Shown here: positions 13,701 to 25,700 of the stretch, in pieces | How positions within the stretch are numbered: the stretch's first letter is position 1 | Layout of the letters: each line of letters starts with the position of its first letter | Origin: Ophelia neglecta | Taxonomy: Eukaryota | Direction of reading: 5' to 3' | DNA: 64,000 nucleotides | Assembly: GCA_965285935.1 (NCBI GenBank) | Contig: OZ260667.1 | Location: forward strand, 39,928,001-39,992,000 | Made by a program: the position numbers and the translations under genes | The notes under the pieces: generated by a model | The model's input: the letters and a program-made list of their open reading frames with translations, nothing else | What the model was told of the DNA's origin: nothing | Database searches by the model: none

Positions 13701-16700
13701 ACCAAGGCTCCTTGACGTAGGTTGATAGACAGAACAAAGTCATTATCTGTCATCCACTCTGCCAGGGCTTTGACTTCAGGTGGAGCAGAGGAGTTTACCA
13801 AAGCCTGAGGTGTATCTGAGAAAGTGAAAAAATAAAATATCAAAACCATGAAAATTAGGTGATGCCTGTTGACTTGGTTGGGACTTGGCCCCCACAAGCC
13901 TTGCTGTACCACCACCTAGCTCAATGATACAAGTACCTCTACCATTGTGCTACATCCACATCCCTTGATGGATGATTTTAATGGTGCATTTTTTCATGGC
14001 TACTGATTAATTCTTAACAACACATTTCAGTAAACTGTACAGCTATGAAAAAGACATAATAATATCAATAGTTAAATATTTATTGCCTTAGCAAATCCAT
14101 GGGGTCATAAATATGCCGTGTAGGTATTTTACCAATAAACACTGAATCCAAATCGATCCCGTTGGCATTAGTCTTTCCTTCCTCGCCATTACAAGCTCCT
14201 AACACACCCTTCTCTCCTCCATCGGGATTTGCAGATGGCATGATATGGATTCTGGTAGATTTCAGCAACTGGTAATGTTAAAAATGAGAATTTTATGGCA
14301 TGTTTTATGCTCACTTACTACTGATGTGTTCCATAGTTAAAAAACTATACTACTTTGGGAGTATACTGCTTTATACTGATTAGTTGCAGTTTCTTGCTAA
14401 CTCTGTCATGCATGAACTAGTTGATTATGCCCATCTGCTTAGGGTTGATATATACACCTATAGCATTGAACGATGAAATACAAGCAAAAACTAAGACATT
14501 ATGAACAATATAGGCAGTCAATGACAAATCACATTTGGTCCTAAAATTTTCTTTTCAAACAAACTAAACTTACTTGGGAAATAGAATAGTCTGGTTGATA
14601 CTTAGTACAGAGATCCCAGATGAGTTCCAGGGCTAACTCTCTGCCTACGTTCTCATTGCCATGGATGCCTGCAACAATTTTAACCTGGGGAATACCCTTG
14701 TCTGATTGGTCAGCAGCACTGATCTCCATCACCCACAGTTCACGACCTTCTACAGACTGACCAACACTAGGAGAGCAACAAAAATGGCATTTGAAACATA
14801 TTGTAAGGAACAAAAAAGAATGTTATCTATTTTTTCTGCACTGCAAATTATCTTATAATGGTTAGTCTGGAGAAAGCTGACTATTTCCTGAAGCACATGA
14901 CAGCTTCACCATTCATTGGTGTGTTGGCTTTGAAATCAATAGTTATGGTCTTAAAACATTCACACAAACCTGTAAAGTCTGGTCAATTCTGGGTAACTAG
15001 TAGAAATATTGTGCAGTGCAGCTTCCATTTTGTCGTAATTGTGATAAAGGATTGATGACACCTCTGTCTGCAATGTGAATGTCACGCTGCTTGTAGAGTC
15101 TTCTGACACCGAGACAGACTTGCTCTGACTATCAAATCCTGAAGATAACAGATTGCAAAAGGTCTAAGATTAAGTCAGTGGTAACTAAGTTATACCAATT
15201 AATTTTTATCCAGTCTAAACCATGGAAATTCACTTTTTTAGCTGAATTATTAAAAGCTGAAGAGATTAGCCATCACAGGTGTGTTAGTAAAGTGCCAAAG
15301 GCAGACCATGGTCAGCCTCTGTACCTTTAGCTGCTGCGGTGAAGACGTACTCTCCAACAGCCATGATGCGGAAAAAGCCGTGGTCTTGGGGCACGGTGAT
15401 TTGATGTTCAAAGCCTGCAATGTCCACAGAGGCACTGCTCAGGTGTTTGGAGTCCATGTCAACAACATGACCAATGACCCCTGAACAAAGTAAAACCATG
15501 TATTTGAATGTAAAAAAAAGCTGTAGCACAACTGATCTTGAATGTCAGGCTTATTGCAAACCATACTCAAGGCCAGTTTAAATAGAAACATGACCTTATA
15601 ACCCCTGTGTCTGGGATTTAATCACCTTGTTGTGTCTTCTCTATCACTTTCATCAAGGGCTCCACATTATCCATCCAGATTTGAGGCAGATTTTCTGCAT
15701 TGGGATTCTTGCAACAACTTACTTGGGCTGTGACCTGAAGTAAATTTATGTACAGGTTAGTAAGGTTAAATTAATTTGTAATATTTACTAAGTTTGCTTT
15801 GGTTGCTAGTACCAACCTATGATTTGGTACTATCAACAGTATTTTGTTGGAACCAAACCAGGCCTGCAACACCCTAACTTTGGCTAACCATGTCAAAGGA
15901 TATATAAATTTAATCCATCAAAATAGGTTCTGTTAACTGTTATATTTAGGATGCAAACTAACTGTGCATGCCAAGGAAAAATTACAAACCATAAATGTTC
16001 CATGTTTGAAGTAGAGGAAGTCAGGGAGAAGTCCTGTTTGGTCTGTTATTTCTGCCCCGTGGTGTATTCCAGTCGGAGCCCTGCTTCCACAACCACCCCC
16101 AGCTACAATAGAGGGGTGGGCTTCAGCATAGGCATGAGACAACATACTTAGGGTGTCTTCGTCTTCCGTCTTAAAGGACTTGGCTCCCAAAGAGTTGCGT
16201 ACTGCATGGTTTAAAGGATACCTGAAATCCATTTATGACCGACTTAGATCATGAGAACAACATAAAATACAAACTTAATAGTATCAGGATAACATATTTT
16301 GTTACAAGAGACATTATTCCAGATTTAAGGTGAAGCAGAAGCCTTAAAATACTGGGCAGAACAGTAACATTCTTGTGATTCTTAGACCCACAGAATTATC
16401 TTTACCTGACCATCAGTCCACCTGATCCTAGGCTTAACACAAAGTGGAATTGTGTTTCTGTAAAAATTCTTTTGAGGGCAGCAACTTCCACAGGCGTTGC
16501 CATGCTAGTGGCACTCTCACCAAACTGGTCAGCAAATCTCTGGCCAGTATACTGATGTCCAGAGCAATCCCCAGGAACAGCAAGCTTCAATCCATCAGGG
16601 TTCAAGGCAGGTATAATGTGCAAGTTGATTTTCTCCAGAATTTGTCCTAACCTCTCATCTTTCAACTCATGCCCTGCAATACAATGGCAATCAAAGGGGA

Positions 16701-19700
16701 CTCTCCATTCACTGATGTCTGTTTATCTACCATATATTATTATTCAATCATTATACATGTACATCTTATTTTGATATAATATATCAGTGTGCATCTAAAA
16801 ATTGGTAATTTCTGTGGTTTTCTGGGTTATAGACCAAAATGTTTAGAGGACATCGATTTTGTACGGATTTGCTGAAAGTTTGGATAAACAAGGTTTGGAT
16901 ACGAGGGATTGTACTGTAAATGTCAAGGTAGGTTTAATGTCTTATTTAGGTTAAGCCTGATTTCTATATGATATTTACCACCTGGCACATGGTCAGATCC
17001 TTCTTGGGCCATTTCAAACCAGTGAGTAAATTACAACAACAGTCAGCTTATAGCCAAGAACGTAATTATCTAACCAGTACCCTCTCATGTCCTGGGTCAA
17101 AAGAGATACAATCGCTGGTAGGCTAAGGCCCAAGGTCAAGGAACCATCAACTGCTAAGCTAAGGCCCATTGTCAAGGAACCATCAACTGTTAAGCTACGG
17201 CCCATTGTCAAGGAACCACTTACTGTTTGGCTAAGGCCCATGCTCAAGGAACCACCAACTGTTAGGCTAAGGTCCATTCTCAAGGAACCACCTACTGTTA
17301 GGCTTAGGTCCATTCTCAAGGAACCACCTGCTGTTAGGCTTAGGTCCATGCTCAAGGAACCACCAACTTTATCTGCTAGGAAATGATCCATTGTCAAGCT
17401 TCTTACCCACCAAGTCACAAAGTCACTTTATAAATAGTACCAAATCACCTACCTTTGATAATGTGTCTTATGAACCTGACCAGAATCTCAGGACCCACAG
17501 TTTCATCACCTTCTAAACCTCCCAGGAGGAGGCAGTTGACTTTCACAACTTTTGGTTTTGGACTGGTCAGTTTTATGCCATAGAATACATCTCCTGAAAA
17601 CAGGGGATTGCTTTGTGATGTAACAGTAATTATGCACTACATATTCCCTTTTAATGGTATTGATTTTCAAACAATTATGATATGCTGAAAAATATAGTAA
17701 CTTGTGACAAAAAATCTAGATCTCGTGTCTGAATTTGCCCTTCAGAAAGCACAAAACCATTGATCTTTCTTATTGTCAGTCACCCTATTTCAAGCCACTT
17801 ACCACTGGTTGTCTGATAGGAATCCATTAGACTTGCCACATCACTGTTCTCATTGACAACCTCCCTAATGTAATCACTGATTTGCTCTGAAGTCATGTAG
17901 GAAGTCTTTTCCAAGTTTTCTTTGATATTAAAATCTTCCTGCATTGACCAAATCTCCAAGTCAGCAGGCTGCAGGGTGAAATTGGTAAGAGTGGCAGCTC
18001 CATCTGTCACAACAACTGACAGGGTTTGGCTTGTATACCTTCAAAGATAAAAACTAGATGTATATCTCTAATGATGTGTCCCACAACATGTACAACAGTA
18101 TTTACACGGACACCACATTAGTTAATATGAGCATTCCAGCACTATAACACACATGTAGCTAATCATTGATAAACCCTAGGGATAATTCACTAGTGATGAC
18201 CTCCTGCCAGTCTACTGCCTTAGTGCCCATCTTTAATACATTTATTAACTCTACTTTTATTGGGTTTTGAAGCAAAGACGAAAAAGATTTTTTCATTCAA
18301 TATATAGTTCTAGAGGGTATTCAGCACATGGGACCCTACACATATAAGTCAAGATATTCGACATACCCGTCCTTAGAGGCAGTTATGCTATAAGTGCCTG
18401 GCACCAGTAGACGCCAGTAGTCGCCAGTGGCTGCTGCAGTGATATTATGGTTGATACCGGCCACATTGATACTGGCTGTTGGGACTGGTAAACCTGAAGT
18501 GGCATCTATTACAAACCCCTTCACTCCTTTGTGGACCTGGGCAAGTATGAATTGACATGAATTTATGAATAGAAAAAAGAAGAGTACTGTCCACCCATTT
18601 GTTTTATTGGTCATATTAAAGAAGAAAAGACAGACTATTTTCTGATTGTATTAACTGTAAACCACATGCTTTTAACATTCTTAATGAAGGTTTACATTAC
18701 CAAGTGCATAATCAAATAGTTAATGTGACTAAAAACCCTTTTTGGATAATTCATAATAGAGAATATGTGAATTAATTCCAGAATACATATTTTTTCACTC
18801 TGCTGTGGCATATCTACTACAACTAACCTTAACCATTATATGTATTTACACTATAAATTCAAATCATATTGACAGATATTAATGCTAATACCAATAACAA
18901 TCATTTCTAAATGCCAAATTTCTACATTGGTTTGTTATCATTAGTAACAACACACCAATTAACAGGACTGGTAATTAAGAGCCACTGTATTGCTTACCTG
19001 TCCCATAAATACCAGGAGGGGATATTTATTGGCCTCCCAGAATGAGGGTAACTGGGTCCCTCTGGGATACTTCACACAGCCCAGCTCTATGGTCAGCTCA
19101 AAACAGTTACTGTGTAAGTAGTTCCAATCCTGCATACCACCTACAAAACCCATCGTAATATTAGCGGGTATGTCAAGCGGATCACAATCAAGCTCTTATT
19201 TTTGCTTGTCAAATTGGAGAGGAAAAAATGATATTTTAACCCAGGGAATGAATGGCACTTTAACTCTTGCATGGAATTTTTATTACCATATTCTAAACAA
19301 ACTGAACAGAATAAAGCTTTCATTTGAAAGAGAACAAATTTTTATCATCTGGGTACTAAAGGCTTCTAAAGAATTGAGTTACGGTAATAGTGGTTGTCGG
19401 TAAGTATACAATATCTAATATGGCATGTACAGGGTATATCTGAGGAAGGCCACGGCTTCACACTAACTGAGAGATTAGGAATACAGACATTAATTTCACG
19501 AATCTTATTACTAAATCTAACTTGATACACACTGTACACCTTGTTCAAATTGGAGTGAAATATAGTGTCCCATTTCTTACCTGCTACATTATACCAGTGG
19601 GCCCCATTGGTAATGCCATCTTTAAAGTAATCCTCCCCCATGCCAGTGCCAGCACACGCATGGCCAGAGTGCATTGTAGAGTGAGCCTAAAAGGTAAATA

Positions 19701-22700
19701 ATACACATTTTATCATTTCAAAAACAATTGGCGACAGTGAAAGGCTATAAACTGATAAACTCATAAACTGAGTTTTCAGGATTAATGTTGCCGCCAATCT
19801 TCAGTTTTTCTTCTACAGGTAGTATGCAGTTATCCCTGATGCAGTCCCCTAAAAGACTCCTCATAGTTCATAATCTGTGACCTGGAAGATATTCATGTGC
19901 TATGTACAGTGGTCCCTGTGATGTAGGTTCTTTTTAAATCCAAGGAAAGTGTCCCTACATTGCAGGTGGCCCTTTGAGATACTTGAACATGGAAAAGATA
20001 GGACATGGAAAAACTGTCCTGCATGCACAGGTGGCTCCTCATTTGAAGGGCTTACATCACAAGGACTACTGAACACTGTTATAGGCTGTATATATAATCA
20101 AAAAAAGTCATACTCTAGCATTTTATTATTAAATAAGCCAGGGCACATGTTGTAACAAGAGTAGGAGCAAAGGTGACCCCCCACCCACCCTCGTATATGT
20201 TAGATTAGGGACATGAAGCCCATGGTAAAAGAGTGTCTGATCAGATGAGTGTAACATTACATATTTCCACCCAGCCAAGCCTTGATCCCTAGCTAAGAAG
20301 CCTGAAAGTCTAAAGGCCTGCAAACAGAAAAAAAAAATCTCTGCAGAACTCATTACCTCCATTGTCTACTGCATGGCACCATGCCATGCGATTATATCCA
20401 GGGCATTGCACAGTATTGACAGAGATGTTTCATTTTAAAGATCTTCCTAGAACCTTTATCCATAGGTTCTCTTATGCATATTGGGAGAAAAAAAGCCAAG
20501 AAGAAGAAGGCTGTTTAATCTTTTTTTTTCACAACTAAGAGTTGTTAGACTTTTATGGAACCAAACATTTCTAACAATGAAATAAACAGGCAAATAAGAT
20601 GAAAAAGAATGCAATAATTAAAGAGTACTGCCTATAAATTGTGCTAAATTTACATATTTTACCCAGTGAAAAAAAAGGCAGCATACAATTTCAGTGATAT
20701 ATTTATAAAAAAATTTAGCAGATTAATGTGTTTCTGATAATAATAGTACTGACCGGATTTATTTGTGTTATTTATATTTGACAATTTAAACATATACTTT
20801 GCTAAATTTATTTGATTGTAAAAAATTTGCCAGCCTAGGTGAATTTCAAATTATGTGTACACCACTCACCAGCGAGTAGGCCTCTGCCAAGGATTTGAAG
20901 GTAACATCGTCAGGACACTTGCTGTAGGTTGTATGACCAAGTTTGGTGTCATCATATGGATAATTGGCGACGAGGCTTCCTCCGTGGAGGTTGGCAGACA
21001 GAACAAAAGGGTAGCTCCTAAATGTAAACCAAGCATGTGAAAAAGTCTAATGTTTTACAGGCTTGTTCTTCCTGTCCAGAAAACTAAATTTCTTGAAGGG
21101 TGTACAATATTAAATCTTTATTCCAAAGTACCCTAATCCATACTGGCGGCTTATCTTTAATCGTCCATCTTACATGGACGAAACTGAATATGAATGTGTT
21201 TAAGATTCTATTTAGGAGGAGAGTCTATTCAAACCTGATCCAGTCCATGATGAGTAGTGTTTCCGCTTCCTGGTGATTGTTCTCATAGTAAGTCTTATAC
21301 TGATCAGGAAAGTTACGGTTCAAATCTCTTCCATTGGCATTAGCTCTGCCCGTCACACCCTGGGCGTCACCTTAGGAATCCAACAGTCCCAATGAATTCA
21401 TGAGTTAATTTGAAAGTCCAATCTTATTATACCAGGTATGCACTAGTGAGCTGTAGAGAGGATGAGTATCTAAGGGATGCACAACCATGACAGGGGTCAC
21501 TCTGGCAAAAATTTGTATGAGAAAAAATATCCCATGGAAAAGTTCTATGAGATTTACCTGCTTATTTGTTTTTGATTTGGAAAAGGCCTACCAATAAACA
21601 TTGTGGAGTGCTTAAGTATAGTATATTGAAGTTGCAAGACAGAGTAATATTTTACGGCATACAAACTTTTGACATGTGATTATGGGAATTTCAATGCGAT
21701 AATATCGGGATATCACAGCCTAGAGTGATCCCTGCCATTGCCCTCTCCTTAAATGATTATTTCAACATTTGGTATTTTATTCCCACCTACCTTCATGAGC
21801 ATGTGCATAGCCATCTGGATTCATCGTTGGCATGAGATGGATTCTGGTCTGATTCACCATTAGGCTGATCAAAGCATCCTTCCCATAGTTCTCACACAAG
21901 AGCTGGGCCAGATTTACCAGCAGGACCCGACCTACTACTTCATTGCCATGCATATTAGCTATGTATTTGAACTCCGGCTCACCTGGAAACAGACATTTTG
22001 AAAAAACTTAATGCTATTGTAATCCACAATTTTTGCAAGCAAGAAAATTTCACAGATCACAATATTATTTAACCACATAGTTTCTACTTGACATTTCTTC
22101 CATGAGCAGGAGAGAAAGTTTTTATCTAACTTTCTATGGAAAGTTAGGCTATATGGGAAATCATACATTGGAAATTCTGCAAGCAGGACTTTTCTGCTAA
22201 TTTTCTCAATTATCTTGAAATTTGAGAAAATTTTTGCTTGCAAAATGTCCTGATTAGAGTCGTACAAGCTCTGTGCTGACAATAAAATATACAACAGGAA
22301 CAAAGCACCTGCTCTGCTCTTTGGTCACCATCTTAACAGTGATTGTCCAGTTGTGCTGAATATGTGAATATAATTCAGTCTGTGCCTTTAGCACTAGTCC
22401 AAAGCACGCAGACTGGTGTACGGGGAAACTTTTAAACTAAGACCACCGATGGGACTGGAGAATACTGGTCTGATTTTGGAGGTGACCACTTTACACAGGT
22501 TAATTACCATTTAAAGTATACAGCAACATCGTCATTTTGTTGGTCTGAATTGACAGGTGGTCTGATTATAGAGGTGGTCTTTAAGGCGGGTGTCACTGTA
22601 CATATATTTATTCATGCTAGTGTAGATTCAAATGCACTAGCCCCGACTGGACCAGTGCCTGTTCAGTACAGACACATAAAACCTGGAATATATCAAAATG

Positions 22701-25700
22701 TCCTCATTTCCCAATTTACTTTTCTGAAATATATGAATTAATTCATGAAGCAAAGGCTACAGCTTTTTGGGTTAAATTAAGACTTGTGTCAAATATTTTG
22801 GACTAGTAGCATTTCAATTCTACTAGCCTGAATGACCGGTGGGTACAGTATATATATATATTTGGCACAGTCAGAGTGCCTCAAGTGCAAGCGTATGTAG
22901 TTTCATGCTATTACTGTGTTATTTGATGAGAGTAAAAAAAAATTTAAAGGATCAAAGAAAATTTTATTCCTAAAATGAAACCATATCTTCTGAACTGATG
23001 GACTTAGTGGTAATTGTTTTCAACAAGTTTCAATGTATTTTTAACCCTTCCCCTACAGAGGCTTCAACTAGTAACTCACTACTTCTGGAATTGAATCCAG
23101 AAGGAAATGGTTAATGTGATACAATAATACTGCAAAATTACAAGGGGAATCACAAGGTTACTACCTTCGCATAAAGGAAGGAGTTAGTGCTAACCTGGCT
23201 CATGTTTGCCGGGATTGTCCGAGATCTCGATTACCCACAAGTCCCTGCTCTTTACCGACTTGCCGATGGAATACAGTCTGGCTATATTTGGATGGGCATT
23301 GGCAATCTCTTTCAAAGCCGCTGTCAGTTCTTCATGGCTTAAGTGTTTACTATAGGTGGGTTCCTTAAACATATCATAACAAATGTATATCAGACCAGTA
23401 AAGTAATCTTGGATACCCCCGGTACATATATATATAGAGTAATACCAAGGGTGTTCCTTTTCAAATTGAGCTTGTGGGCACTTTCTGTACAGCAGAGAGG
23501 GAAAATGACAAGTGCCACAGTCTGTATCCTTAGCAAGGGGCTTGAGTTGCCGGCAATTAGTGTAATTACAGATTGATTAAATCTCAGTCGCCAGCAGCAA
23601 AGAAACACCCTTAATAGCAAAATACAGGACATGTGCTGGAACAAACTTTTAGTGGAAATAATCAAGCCATTTTCTAATAAAACATTGCCCGTGGATTACC
23701 TTAAATGATATTGAATTGCGATGTGCATGGTCTTTCAACTTGTTGATAATGTCAACCAAGCTCTCGGCAGGGTGTTTAGGATCAAGATCACTAGCAAAAG
23801 GATATGGTGATGTTGAACCGATTGGCGCTGGAGAGGTGGACTGAGATATTTTGGCAGTGGGAGATAACCGTGGTGTGCTTGAGCTTAGGTTGTTGGATGG
23901 CACTACATTCTCATTGTCATCTTCAGAAGTCTCATAGTTACTGAAAGATAAGCTGCCTATTAGGGATCATTTTGACCTTGAGGCCTATTTCTCATAATAC
24001 AAAAAATACTGAACTTTGGCAGTTAATGCTATACATGCAGGCATAGAGAAAGGGCAATACATAATAATTATGGCATATGATGCAAATACAATACATTTAG
24101 GAGACAATTCAAGTGACACAGTTATTTAACACAGTTAAACCATTTCCTAAACAGATTATATATCTATTACATATTTTTTCCCGACTCCAACAGTTTCCAT
24201 GAGGGAAGGGTTAAACATATCACAAATTTACTGGGGTACACACTGTAACCATCAAGACTGCAATGCAGTAAAATGTAATATGCTATTTTCCCAATGTTAT
24301 CTTTTTGTTAGAATGACTCCTTTTAGAATATCTTATTTAGAACAGTAGAAAAAACATACTTGTTTACTTCATCAAACCATAACACTTACTGAAGATAACA
24401 TATAAATGAAAATAACCTAACTTTAAACCTAACTTGACTTTCTCGCCTCATTGAGAATGGCAGAAAGTTTTGCATATCGCCTGAAATCACATTTCGAAGA
24501 GCAGAAGCTTTTTTTGGAGCATCCGGTGATGCAAAGTCCAATATTTGTGGGAACGGTGCTTCGGATCTTAGTTGTAAAAGGGGTTTGACTCTCTGCTGTC
24601 GCCGTTGACGAAGGAGAAATTCAAGCACAGAGTCTCAGCAAATCAGAGACCAGCATTTTGAGGTGTGGTCCCTGTCAGCCAATAAAAGCTTCTGCATGTG
24701 AAAACGTGATTTCATACCAGCTGCAAAAGCCATTCTCAATGAGGCATGAAGGAGTACTAAAACCCGACCATCCATCATTGTACGGTAAAAAATCAGTAGG
24801 TGTTCTACCAGAGCAATGTACAGGAAAATGTTTGGAATAAACAATAATCTTGCATTGTTTTGTAGCTCAATACTAAATAATTTTGACATAAAAGTTAGGT
24901 TTCCTAGTTTTGGTTTTAGTAAAAATCTACTAGGTATTTCACTGCCCGGTCTGGTAATGTTCAAACTATTCCCGACTGCAGATCTGGAAAAGTTCATACC
25001 TTACTGGACCATTGGTCTGGTAATTTCAAACTTTACCATTGGTCTGGTAAGTTCAAAATTTACCCAACCATTGGTCTGATGCGTTGAACCACCCACTGGC
25101 CTGGTAAGTTCAACCCCACCTGACCATTTGTCTGGTTAACCACAATCTTAAAGTTACAAACTGTAATAACCAAGGTAACAAGATTAAAGGTATATTCCGA
25201 AAGAAAGGTATATACGCACGATAATACGATATATACCACAATATAATATTTACTGTATAAATTTAAAACAGCATAGGAAATGCATATAACGTCCTCTTTT
25301 ACTATTTACATGATTTATGCTTACCTCCTTTTTCTCCGTGTAAGCTTTTGAAAGCTTGGAGTATATATAAATGTTCGCATATACATTATGGAGTATGGAC
25401 CAAACACATTTAATATGACATTCAATTTATCTTTATTCTGAATTAAGCCCTGATAATTAAACAACCATCTATAATAATAATATTAAATAATAATACTAAT
25501 AATAATAATAATGATAATAATCAACAAAATATTTCATATTTGATACATCACAAATAATATCAGCTTAAAGTACCCACCCATAAGGAAGCTCGCCATATTC
25601 ATCCCCAACTTGATTGAACACTTTCTTTTCTCTTACAAGGGGCTCTGAACCAGGCTCAATATTTTCTCGCTGTTCTAAGTGAGGACCTTTCTCTCCAAAT

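Noticed and set aside
17014-17418. Periodic ORFs on both strands (134 aa and 99 aa)
   Set aside because: Artefacts of the 36-bp minisatellite; the flanking CPD exons join in frame without them.
24411-24435. TAACCTAA motifs as a telomerase RNA template
   Set aside because: They lie on the strand opposite to the one favoured by the G-U pairs, no pseudoknot or H/ACA features were seen, and the TTAGG type does not fit the inferred lineage.
24386-24997. Minus-strand ORFs 24386-24628 and 24635-24997 as extra CPD exons
   Set aside because: Each plausible acceptor tested in phase 2 leads to an early stop; no protein motif recognised.
24945-25140. Repeat-spacer-like array resembling CRISPR
   Set aside because: Eukaryotic intron, degenerate contiguous units without unique 30-nt spacers, and no cas genes.
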